Origin: Salinispira sp.
Lineage (GTDB): Bacteria > Spirochaetota > Spirochaetia > DSM-27196 > Salinispiraceae
Length of the DNA stretch: 64,000 nt
Direction: 5' to 3'
NCBI GenBank assembly: GCA_965226555.1
Contig: CBDDDG010000010.1
Location: 384,001 to 448,000 of the forward strand
This document shows positions 42,101 through 50,753 of this stretch, one piece after another. A model generated the notes under the pieces. That model made no database searches, was not told where the DNA came from, and was given only the letters and a program-made list of their open reading frames with translations. The stretch's first letter is position 1, and every line of letters starts with the position of its first letter. The position numbers were made by a program, and so were the translations under genes.

Positions 42101-42323
42101 TCATGGTCTGGTAGCGGGGTATAATGTCTTTAATTGTTCCCTGAACAATGTGCCCGAAATGCGGAAGTCCTGTAGCAAAGGGAGGGCCATCGTAGAAGAG
42201 AAATTCCTCATTATTTTCACGCTGATCAATGGATCGCTGAAAAACATTCTCCCTCTTCCAGAAATCCAGCACATCTTCTTCCATGCGGGGAAAATCAACT
42301 CTAACATCTACCGGTTTATACAA
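39186..42323 (-). CDS. ileS: Isoleucine--tRNA ligase (type 2)
   Basis: DGPPFATGLPHFGH, GWDCHGLP, WTTTPWTLP, KMSKS. Confidence 0.98.
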   Translation of the reverse strand: MYKPVDVRVDFPRMEEDVLDFWKRENVFQRSIDQRENNEEFLFYDGPPFATGLPHFGHIVQGTIKDIIPRYQTMKGLRVERRFGWDCHGLPVEYEMEKELGISGHSQIEEYGVARFNEACRSIVLRYTAEWNRVVTRMGRWVDLENDYKTMDLDYMETIWWVFRQLWEKGLIYEGAYILPYSPQLATPLSNFEVNLGGYKDVTDPAITVKFRVLEQGDGSRPSGKLSFLAWTTTPWTLPSNLALALGEDIGYVRIAVGDEEYILAENRLEHFYANADEYEILERLPGSDLLNWRYEPLFPYYAELSAQGAFRTRAGGFVTTNEGSGIVHLAPGFGEDDYQALKNSGLPVPVPLDAEAKFTAEIPEFAGMFVKDADRHIIKDLKERDKLLRRENYLHSYPHCYRTGGPLIYRAISSWFVDIAQLKSTMIQANNRVHWMPEHLQQGRFGKWLENARDWAISRNRFWGNPIPIWKCDTCDRVECVGSLTELKQKSGREVQDLHKHIVDDLHWPCSCGEGAMSRVPEVLDCWFESGAMPYAQKHYPFENKDNFDMNYPAHFIAEGLDQTRGWFYTLTVLAAALFEKPAFRNVIVSGLVLSEDGRKMSKSLRNYSDPEDVINTYGADAIRLFLTNSSLVKGEDLKYSDNGVKDVLKSVIIPLWSAYSFFVTYANIDKVEPQAAPENPANPLDRWVLSALETLIEQVSTHLDNYDLQKAVAPIVRFIDQLNNWYIRRSRRRFWRSANDADKMEAYATLHEVLVKLIKTAAPIIPFITESIYRNLRSADMPESVHLCNFPQTGQKRRDAELERKMSLVQQAVSMGRALRSMRSIKIRQPLNAIHLVTRNREERNILIEMEDIIREELNVKEVILRDNESDLVSYSAKANFRELGKKLGSKMKDVSVKVEQLSTREIQSLLDGNTLSLELGDQHFDITVNEVIIRRHEKEGLKVLNEDSLTVALDPNITEELRQEGLVRDLVRAVQNLRKERDYRVSDRISLAIKGSEEVIEALTQHKKYFEQEVLCRKLMIRDVAQETPLLSGECSVTVERV

Positions 42324-42386
42324 AATATCTCCTCAGAACCATGAACAGAAACGATTCCTCGCACAGCAGCGTAATTCTTGGATTTG

Positions 42387-43559
42387 TCATGGAAGCATTT
42401 CCAGAGACCACAGTTTGGATATGGTCAGTTCGCTGTCATTGCGTACATCTTGTTGTCTGGTATAACTGGAAGGATCTCGGTCAAGCCATACCATGTTTTT
42501 AAGAGATATGGAATCCATTGCTTCAGGGTGATGCGATATGACTATGGACTGAGGCAGCTCGCTACCGGCCGCATCTTCCAACTCAAGAAACAGAGGTTTT
42601 ATTTCCTGGAGCATGAGAAAATTATCGGGTTCATCGAGCAACAGTAATCGCTCATTACTGTCGCCAAAAACGATATTAAACAGGACAATAACAAAGTTTT
42701 GCATTGGAAAATTGTGCTTGCACAATTTCCATGAGCAAAACTTTCTATAAAATAGGAGAATACTAAGCACAAAGAAAGCATTCCAGATCGGAAACTTTTG
42801 CTTTATGCAAAAGTTTCTAATTATGATTTGCCCGATCGATAGTTGATCACAATGAAATAAGAATGAGAATTCTTCATTTTTTTCTGAGCGAAATGAGGCT
42901 TTTAATTCACGATATTTTTCCCCGCCTGTTCCATGAAAATGAAGACCATTATACCCGGGAAGAATTTCTTGAATTCTTGTATCAACTTTTTCGTTTATAT
43001 TCTGGTAATTTGCAAGGAGGTTATTTCTATACCACGACGCAAAATTTTCTGCATGAGAATGTAAAAAAACAGATTCAGAAATGGAGCTGGGCACTATCTG
43101 CCATGGATCAGGACTGAGCGCAACTATTCCCTGCACCCACTTCCGAAAGAGTAAAAGAGATCTGTTGAATTCTTCTTTAAACTCCAAGGTAAAACCTGAA
43201 ATAGTCCAATTAAAGGGAAATGTGGGACCTTCCCTATATTCATGATTAGGTGTTTCTTCGGAAAACATATGCGCCTCGCCCATTTCTATTTTCAATATGG
43301 GCCGATCATTCAAAAGAAGTTCTTCCTTTTTTACGCGCGCTTTTTCAGTGCCGCGCTCATGTTCAATAATGAGCTTATACACATACCGAAATTCTTCAGC
43401 ATCATCTAACACTTCCAGTTCAAATGTTTGATCGCTGTGAGTCATGAACTTACTCATACATTTGTAGTTATCAATGTGAATTCGCCGTAACAAAAGGCGA
43501 GGCTTATCCGACTGCGCTACCATAGAGAAAAACATATCATAAAGTTTTGCAAAATGCAA
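42387..43559 (-). pseudogene. AAA_21/ABC-type ATPase lacking Walker A, with an in-frame family 1 insertion
   Basis: RRIHIDNYKC start motif, LSIGQ signature, LLLLDEPDN Walker B, SHHP; no GxxGxGKS visible. Confidence 0.7.
42692..42817. mobile_element. Family 1 element, 126 bp + TAA duplication, in frame
   Basis: TAA at 42689-91 and 42818-20; adds 43 codons. Confidence 0.9.
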
Positions 43560-43685
43560 AAGTTTCTATTACAAAGTTTTGCCTGTGGCAAAACTTTCTA
43601 TACCTTGAGAGAATCAAGAATAGAGATGAGAGAATCCTCATTGGAAAATTTTGCAAAGCAAAAGTTTCTATTACAAAGTTTTTTC
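43540..43685. repeat. Family 1 composite element between divergent genes
   Basis: Three hairpins + GAGAGAATC-type spacer. Confidence 0.88.
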
Positions 43686-43845
43686 TTTGACACAGAAATT
43701 CAGCGCCTCCGCGGCGACCGTCTTCTCATTCCGGCTTCCCATTCCGGCAATTACCGACAGGCGCCATGCGCGCGCCGCCGCGGCGGCGATCGACTTCCCA
43801 TTCCGGCTTCCCAGAAGCTCTGCGCTATGGTATTGTGGGAATCTC

Positions 43846-45027
43846 ATGAATCGGGCAAAAGAACGCATTCTTTTTTTATACCTCGCAACGGGCGGCGGTC
43901 ATATTTCCACAGCGCGGGCTCTGGCTGCCGAATTCAACCGGCGCTATTCTCCTGAAGAAGTCGAAACCCATCTCCTCGACGGTATACCCCCGGGGGCAGC
44001 GCTATGGCGGGTACTCATTGAGGGCGGCTATCGTTTTTCCACGCTTGTTATTCCCGTATTCTGGAAAATTCTGTACCGAATAGGAACCATACCCATTTTC
44101 ATGCACGGTAATTCCCAGTCCATGATCCTCATTTCCTGCGCGCATATCCGGCGCTATATCCGAAAGCACAGAATAACCCGTATTGTGAACCTTCACTTTC
44201 TCATGAACACGCCTCTGTACCGGGCGCTGAGACAATTGGGCAGGCTCGATATGCCCGCGGTTACCGTTGTTTCAGATCCCTTTACCTGCCATCCCATCTG
44301 GTTTTTCCGCCAGTTTACCTCCCTCATTGTATTTTCAAAACGAATATGGAAACAGGCACTGGAATATCTGCCATGGTTTGGCGTTCCTTCCCGGCTTCTC
44401 CCGAGAGAGCGGGAGGTGCGAATTTTTCCTCCGGTTATCAATTCACAGTTTGATAAGCGCCTCAGCAGAGAAGATTGCCTGAAACTGAAACTGAAGCACG
44501 GATTTTCCCCGGAAAAACCCCTCATTCTCATCATCGGCGGGGGAGAAGGCCTTCCCGGAGGAGAGAGATGCCTGCGGGCAATACTCGCAGCAGCAGAAAC
44601 ACACATCCACGTTGCCTTCATCTGCGGAAGGAATGTCAGCCAGTATAAGCGGATACAGCACATTGCCGAAAATTACCCGCAAACAACTATAAAGGCATAC
44701 GGCTTTATCAATTTTGTATATGAACTTATGAACATGGCCGACATCATCCTCGCAAAGGCAGGCCCTGCAACCATTTTTGAAGCTCTCATGCTCGGCAAAC
44801 CCCTCATTATCACCAAGCGAATTTACGGTCAGGAACAAGGCAATGTGAATTTTGTCATCAACAGGGGCTACGGGTGGTATATCATCCGCCCGGGAAATCT
44901 CATGACGAAAATCCGTGAAATACTGACGAATCCTGAAATTACTCATCAGATTGTCTCACACATTACCGAGGGCAGTATCACTAACGGAACCTCGCGCATT
45001 GTCGACTATATAATCACATTATCCTGA
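43846..45027 (+). CDS. MGDG synthase/UgtP-like glycosyltransferase (GT28)
   Basis: TGGGHISTA, GGGEG, KAGPATIFEA, GQEQGN. Confidence 0.88.
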   Translation: MNRAKERILFLYLATGGGHISTARALAAEFNRRYSPEEVETHLLDGIPPGAALWRVLIEGGYRFSTLVIPVFWKILYRIGTIPIFMHGNSQSMILISCAHIRRYIRKHRITRIVNLHFLMNTPLYRALRQLGRLDMPAVTVVSDPFTCHPIWFFRQFTSLIVFSKRIWKQALEYLPWFGVPSRLLPREREVRIFPPVINSQFDKRLSREDCLKLKLKHGFSPEKPLILIIGGGEGLPGGERCLRAILAAAETHIHVAFICGRNVSQYKRIQHIAENYPQTTIKAYGFINFVYELMNMADIILAKAGPATIFEALMLGKPLIITKRIYGQEQGNVNFVINRGYGWYIIRPGNLMTKIREILTNPEITHQIVSHITEGSITNGTSRIVDYIITLS

Positions 45028-45248
45028 AATTGGGATGGGAGAGACACGGATACAATAACCGATATCTGATTGTCTTCAGACAGGGTTATTCAATCTATTT
45101 TATGGTGTTTGATGTGAAATGCAGGACTGCATTCACGTGTACATCAAATGAGAAAGTTTTGTAATTATTTTTGTTATTTTGAGATAGTGACCTGATCCCG
45201 CAGCATGGGTGAGCCGGATGCGTGGTCGAGCAGGCCGAGCAACGCCAA

Positions 45249-45488
45249 TTAATGCGATCCGTTCCGCACTGTCCGCATTTCCTCATCGCTCAGCCCGGTA
45301 ATTCTCTGAACAGCCTCTGTCGACAACCCTTCCAAAAACATACTGCGGGCGTTTTTTCTCCGCTCCTCAATATGCCCCTCCGCGCGACCTTTCAGAATAC
45401 CTTTCTCCATACCCTGTTCAAGTCCCTCAATCCGGCCCTTCGCAATGCCTTCCCTGACAAAGGCGTTGGTTATGTTATATGTCCGCAT
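45249..45488 (-). CDS. RpnS-like small protein (79 aa), intact
   Basis: GGAGGAG SD + MRTYNITNAF. Confidence 0.62.
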   Translation of the reverse strand: MRTYNITNAFVREGIAKGRIEGLEQGMEKGILKGRAEGHIEERRKNARSMFLEGLSTEAVQRITGLSDEEMRTVRNGSH

Positions 45489-45860
45489 ACTGTTTTCTCC
45501 TCCAGGGAACAGTTCCCTGTTAATTTTCTCAAACTGTTCATACAGTCCCAGATCTTTTATACCGAAAATTGTGCTCCGCACAATTTTCTAATCTGGATTC
45601 TCTCATCTCTATTCGTGATTCTCTCAAGATATAGAAAGTTTTGCCTTGGAAAATTGTGCTCTGCACAATTTTTCAATGAGGATTCTCTCATCTATACTCT
45701 TGATTCTCTCACGGTATAGAAAGTTTTGCCTCAGGCAAAACTTTGTTGTGGCAAAACTTTGGTATAACCCAGCACACTTTCTGCCAGATCAGTAAAGTCT
45801 TGTGAAGACAGACCGTTCAGGAGCTGCGCAATCTCTTTCAGCCCCTCAGCATCCATCTCA

Positions 45861-45960
45861 CTGAAAATTGTGCTCTGCACAATTTTCAAATGAGGATTCT
45901 CTCATCTATACTCTTGATTCTCTCACGGTATAGAAAGTTTTTCCTAAAGGAAAAACTTTG
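45861..45960. mobile_element. Family 1 element, 100 bp, flanked by TCA duplication
   Basis: TCA at 45858-60 and 45961-63; empty site in paralogue at about 47510. Confidence 0.92.
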
Positions 45961-47079
45961 TCATTATCTCGCATTATATACCACAACGCAGTTGATGTAT
46001 ATCGGTTTCCATCGGAGCGCAATGCCAACTGCTTCTTTGTCATTCTCCTCAGATCGCGCACAATGTACGACACTTTCACCTTGACATCTACCGTGCCTTC
46101 GATCATGGATTCGGAAGCAGCATTTCCATGAGAACTGTAAAATGTGAGGGGGAGGTTCCATTCCTTTTTTCCATGGTAGAGCAGCAGTATATAGATAGCA
46201 TCATTTTCATTGTACACATTGCTGTTTCTGAGGGCATGCTACAGAAACTTTTGCATTGGAAAATTGTGCAAGCACAATTTCCAGTAGCAAAAGTTTCAAA
46301 TTCGGAATGCTTTCTTTGTGCTTAGCATTCTCCTATTTCATAGAAAGTTTTGCCTGTGGCAAAACTTTGTGATAATTATCAATCTGTGTGAGAGCATGTT
46401 TATTCAGGTAGCTTTTATGCTCAATACAAAAGTTTTGCTACTGGAAATTGTGCTTGCACAATTTTCCAAGGCAAAACTTTCTATACCGTGAGAGAATCAA
46501 GAATAGAGATGAGAGAATCCTCATTTGAAAATTTTGCGGAGCAAAATTTTCAGTAATGAATAGAGCCTTCCGCTTGGGGTCTGACAGGAAGGGGGCGCTG
46601 ACAACGAGATCGCAGAGAAGGTTCTTTTTTCCCGCAATGTAGCTGGGGGTTTCAATGCGGATTTTGCCCAGATCCAGCTTGGCAAGCGTTGTATCCTCAC
46701 AGAACAGCCGCAGCAGGTCGAGAATCATCCGGGGGGTTCTGTAGTAGGCGATCTTGAAGGCTATGTCGTGGATGTGGCCTGTGCTGTGGGATGATTTTTT
46801 CATACATTTTCCTCCTACATCTGTGACGGGTAAAATGTCATTCTCGACTATGTATTTTGAAAGAATGTTGTGATTTTTTTCGGGGAGTCGGGAATGGGGG
46901 CTGGTATGCTCTGAGTCGATACTCTCCACGATCCCCGGAACAATGCTCCGCGCGAGGTTTTTGTTGAAGTATGAATATATGAAGTCCCAGAATATCTGAG
47001 CATTCCTGAAGGAACTGGTATGTGAGGTTGATCTGGATGTTGATGTTATCCGCTCTGCGCGCAGGCCGAGCAGCGATAA

Positions 47080-48093
47080 TTAATGCGATCCGTTCCGCAC
47101 TGTCCGCATTTCCTCATCGCTCAGCCCGGTAACATCCTGAATGTCATGAGCTAAAAATCCTTTGGAAAACATACTGCGAGCGTTTTTTCTCCGCTCCTTA
47201 ATATGCCCCTCAGCGCGACCTGCCTGAAGTCCTTCCTGTCGGCCCTTTGTGATACCCTGCTCAAGACCTTCAACACGGCCTTTCAGAATACCCTTCTCCA
47301 TACCTTCCCTGACGAAGGCGTTGGTTATGTTATATGTCCGCATACTGTTTTCTCCTCCAGGGAACAGTTCCCTGTCAATTTTCTCAAACTGTTCATACAG
47401 TCCCAAATCTTTTAGATAGCCTAGCACACTCTCTGCCAGATCAGTAAAGTCTTGTGATGACAGACCGTTCAGGAGCTGCGCAATTTCTTTCAGCCCCTCA
47501 GTGTCCATTTCATTATCTCGCATTATATACCATAACGCAGTCGATGTATATCGTTTTCCATCGAAACGCCATGCCAACTGCTCCTTTTTCATTCTACAAA
47601 GATCGCGCACAATGTACGACACTCTCGCCCTGACATCTACCGTGCCTTCAGTCATAGATTCGGAAGCTGGATTTCCATGCGAACTGTAAAATGTGAGTGG
47701 GAGGTTCCATTCCTTTTTTCCATGGTAGAGCAGCAGTATATAGATAGCATCATTTTCATTGTACACATTGCTGTTTCTGAGGGCATGCTGATAGTTATCA
47801 ATCTGTGTGAGAGCATGTTTATGCTGGTAGCTTTTGTGTTCAATAATGAATAGGGATTTCCGCTCGGGGTCTGACAGGAAGGGGGCGCTGACAACGAGAT
47901 CGCAGTGAAGGTTCTTTTTTCCTGCAATGTAGCTGGGGGTTTCAATGCGGATTTTGTCCATGTCCAGCTTGGCAAGCGTTGTATCCTCACAGAACAGGCG
48001 CAGCAGGTCGGGAATCAGCCGGGGGGTTCTGTAGTAGGCGATCTTGAAGGCTATGTCGTGGATGTGGCCTGTGCTGTGGGATGATTTTTTCAT
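47080..48093 (-). CDS. Rpn-family PD-(D/E)XK nuclease (type B), intact; internal RpnS-like start at 47343
   Basis: AGGAGG RBS + MKKSSHSTGHIHDIAFK; CDLVV, IIEHKS, LLLYHG; GxxEG repeats. Confidence 0.88.
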   Translation of the reverse strand: MKKSSHSTGHIHDIAFKIAYYRTPRLIPDLLRLFCEDTTLAKLDMDKIRIETPSYIAGKKNLHCDLVVSAPFLSDPERKSLFIIEHKSYQHKHALTQIDNYQHALRNSNVYNENDAIYILLLYHGKKEWNLPLTFYSSHGNPASESMTEGTVDVRARVSYIVRDLCRMKKEQLAWRFDGKRYTSTALWYIMRDNEMDTEGLKEIAQLLNGLSSQDFTDLAESVLGYLKDLGLYEQFEKIDRELFPGGENSMRTYNITNAFVREGMEKGILKGRVEGLEQGITKGRQEGLQAGRAEGHIKERRKNARSMFSKGFLAHDIQDVTGLSDEEMRTVRNGSH

Positions 48094-48304
48094 ACATTTT
48101 CCTCCTACATCTGTGACGGGTAAAATGTCATTTTTGACTATGTTTTTTGAAAGAATGTTGTGATTTTTTTCGGGGAGTCGGGAATGGGGGCTGGTATGCT
48201 CTGTGTTGATATACTTTTTGCTCATACTATATAGACGGGTAAAATATGAACGGTGAATATGAAAAATTTTTGTAATTATTTTTATTATTTTGAGATATTA
48301 CTAT

Positions 48305-48528
48305 TGACCTGATCCGGACGCATAGGAGAGCAGGAGGCGCAAACCTCCGACCAGCCCCCGTCTCAGCAACAGTCGCATGGGCGAGCAGGCGCGGAGCGCG
48401 CCGACCAGCCTAGGAGACTCCGCTGCCGACCAGCCGTCTTATCGAAAAAAGGCAGGCACGGGAAAATCCGCGCCTACCTGAGTTGAATTGCAACGTTTCA
48501 TTAGCCGCTGCGGGCTATGGGCTATGAA
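48305..48528. repeat. GC-rich family 2 repeat
   Basis: Reverse-complement match to 24410-24650. Confidence 0.8.
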
Positions 48529-48529
48529 A

Positions 48530-50062
48530 CTAATACCATGACGGCACCAGACTACCTGTCACGCCGGAACCACCAAACACATTTTGTTTGCTTCCGGTAT
48601 ATTTGCCATTGGCATCAAGCGTCCAATGATCCTTCCACTCCTCAAGATTCTGATTGAATGCGAGTGCGATACGGAACATCTCGTCCATATTCGTTACCGA
48701 ACTGACATCCCAGCCGGAGATATCGCCATTGAACACACTTATTCCATAGAACATATAGCCCATATTCATTACCGAACTGACATCCCATCTTGAGACATCG
48801 CCATTGAATGCGTTTGTAGCACGGAACATTTCGTACATATTCGCTACCGAACTGACATCCCAGCCGGAGATATCGCCATTGAATGCGGTCTTACTCTTGA
48901 AAACAGTGGACATATCCGTTACCGCAGTGGTAATAATGTAGTTGAAATTGCCAGTATTTCCCCATGTTGATATCCCGTCAGTTACCGCTGTTTTCAGTAG
49001 AGCGTTAGTTGTTGGACTCACGGTAACATATAAATACTCGGCAAAGACTATGTCTCCGCTTCCGGTTTCACCATATACCACATATGTTCCTGCCGTTGTA
49101 CTCGCGGTAACCGTAACAATTCCGGTAGTCGTATCAACTGTCGGAATGGTGACCGTTCCGGGCGGAGTTGCGGGGGTTACCTTCAGGTCTCCTCCTTCAA
49201 TCGTGAGAGTGCCCGGTTCTACCGTGGTCAAAGAAACACTGAGGTTCTCATTGGCAATAATGGCAGTAACAATGGCATTGAAGGCATACGAAAGGGTAAT
49301 AGTCACTTCCTCCCCAGGAGTCTGTGTCACAGAATCTGTTGGTGTTTTCATTGCGATTTCCGACCAGTCGCCAGCGCCAACTGCATTGACGGCGCGTGTC
49401 TGTACTTGGTAGATGGCGCCGTTTATCAGGTCGCTAATGACGTGGCTTGTACTTGTACCGTCAATGCCTTCGGTAATAATTTCCCAGCTTCCGCTACCGT
49501 CTTCCCTATGGCGCAGGTGGTATGCGGTAATTTCGCTGCCGCCGTTATCGGTTGGCACAGTCCATGTGGCAACGAGCTGCTCAGGGCCCGCATAAAGGGT
49601 TGGAGTAGCCATTGTACCCGGCGCAGCGGGGGGCACCACAGTTGGTGGCGCAATAGGTGTTGCAGTGGAAGACGCTGACCAGCCACCGGTGCCCTGCGCG
49701 TTGACGGCGCGCACCTGCACAGCATAATTGACGCCGTTTGTTAGTCCGGTAATGGTATGACTTGCGCCGGTAATACCGGAGGTAATTTCCGTCCAGTTCT
49801 CGCTGCCGACTTCACCATAGCGCAGATTGTACGCGGTAATATCGTTTCCTGCGTTGTTCTCCCCCCAATTCCATGTAGTCGGATCGATCCACGATGCAGT
49901 AAGCTGTTCGCTCCCTTCTATGAGAGTTGGAGCATACATGGCAGGCGGCGCAGTCAGCATGGGGCATGCAGCGACGAGCACTGTCAGGATGACGATAAAA
50001 CCGCTCAGCACATAGGCGCTGACAGGCTTCTTGTTTTTTCGGTTAATGCGTAAAATTTGCAT
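48530..50062 (-). CDS. FN3 x2 + DUF285/BspA-like surface lipoprotein (intact)
   Basis: LVAAC lipobox, two FN3 domains, WDVSSV repeats, PSWY end. Confidence 0.9.
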   Translation of the reverse strand: MQILRINRKNKKPVSAYVLSGFIVILTVLVAACPMLTAPPAMYAPTLIEGSEQLTASWIDPTTWNWGENNAGNDITAYNLRYGEVGSENWTEITSGITGASHTITGLTNGVNYAVQVRAVNAQGTGGWSASSTATPIAPPTVVPPAAPGTMATPTLYAGPEQLVATWTVPTDNGGSEITAYHLRHREDGSGSWEIITEGIDGTSTSHVISDLINGAIYQVQTRAVNAVGAGDWSEIAMKTPTDSVTQTPGEEVTITLSYAFNAIVTAIIANENLSVSLTTVEPGTLTIEGGDLKVTPATPPGTVTIPTVDTTTGIVTVTASTTAGTYVVYGETGSGDIVFAEYLYVTVSPTTNALLKTAVTDGISTWGNTGNFNYIITTAVTDMSTVFKSKTAFNGDISGWDVSSVANMYEMFRATNAFNGDVSRWDVSSVMNMGYMFYGISVFNGDISGWDVSSVTNMDEMFRIALAFNQNLEEWKDHWTLDANGKYTGSKQNVFGGSGVTGSLVPSWY

Positions 50063-50753
50063 ATCTTACCTCCGTAAAGTTTTATTCACAGAAACTTTTG
50101 CATTGGAAAATTAATGCTTGAGCTGACCCTCCTCCCAGTGTGAAACGAAAGGTATTCGTATACACTGGGGCGAGGCGGATGACTCATGAAAATTGCCGGA
50201 CTTCTCACTGAGCCTGACTCACCGACCGCCCGGGCAGTATGAAAGCGGGGAGCGGAAGCTCGGCGTTGCTGTTCTTGCTACCTGCGGGCGCGGGCATTCG
50301 GCTCATCTGATATGGCGCGCGGTATTTCCCGAGAGAACCGTGTGCGCTCATCTTCTCTACAACGAATTTTCTTCAACAGAGGCGATAAGGGACGGAGCGC
50401 CCGCCTCCTCCTAGGAGAAACCGATGTTCACCAGCTCACCGATGCCCTAGTCGATGCCCTCTCATCAGCGCATCCCCCAGCAAAAACCACATCAAAAAAC
50501 GCAAAGACGGCAACATCGGATCATGCAATAGTAACTGCCAATTTTGAATATGCGTGGGCTTAGCGGGGCTGACGATTATACATTAGGGCAGAACTTCCCG
50601 GAACCAAAAACAATATGTTTGAAATTTTTGCATTTTGCAGAAATTTTTTGCATTTTGCAAAACTTTCGAGTATACTTTTATATCTGGTAAACATTTTTGC
50701 ATAAATAAAATTTTGCAAAGCTTTACGGTAAAAAAAATATGGAGGTGAGTACC

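Larger units (their letters stand above)
45249..46803 (-). pseudogene. Rpn-family nuclease (type B) interrupted by four family 1 elements
   Basis: Colinear with intact 47080-48093 once inserts 45562-45761, 45861-45960, 46241-46369 and 46427-46553 are removed. Confidence 0.92.

Noticed and set aside
42324..42386. T-box leader before ileS
   Set aside because: Only about 60 bp of intergenic space and no T-box consensus
45562..46553. CRISPR array (palindromic repeats separated by unique sequence)
   Set aside because: The intervening sequences are consecutive pieces of one Rpn gene, repeats are 100-200 bp and irregular, and no cas genes are present
50120..50420. Structured ncRNA or riboswitch upstream of the adhesin (hairpin CCCAGTGTG...TACACTGGG at about 50133-50169)
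   Set aside because: One hairpin is visible but I recognise no family motif; needs an Rfam/Infernal search
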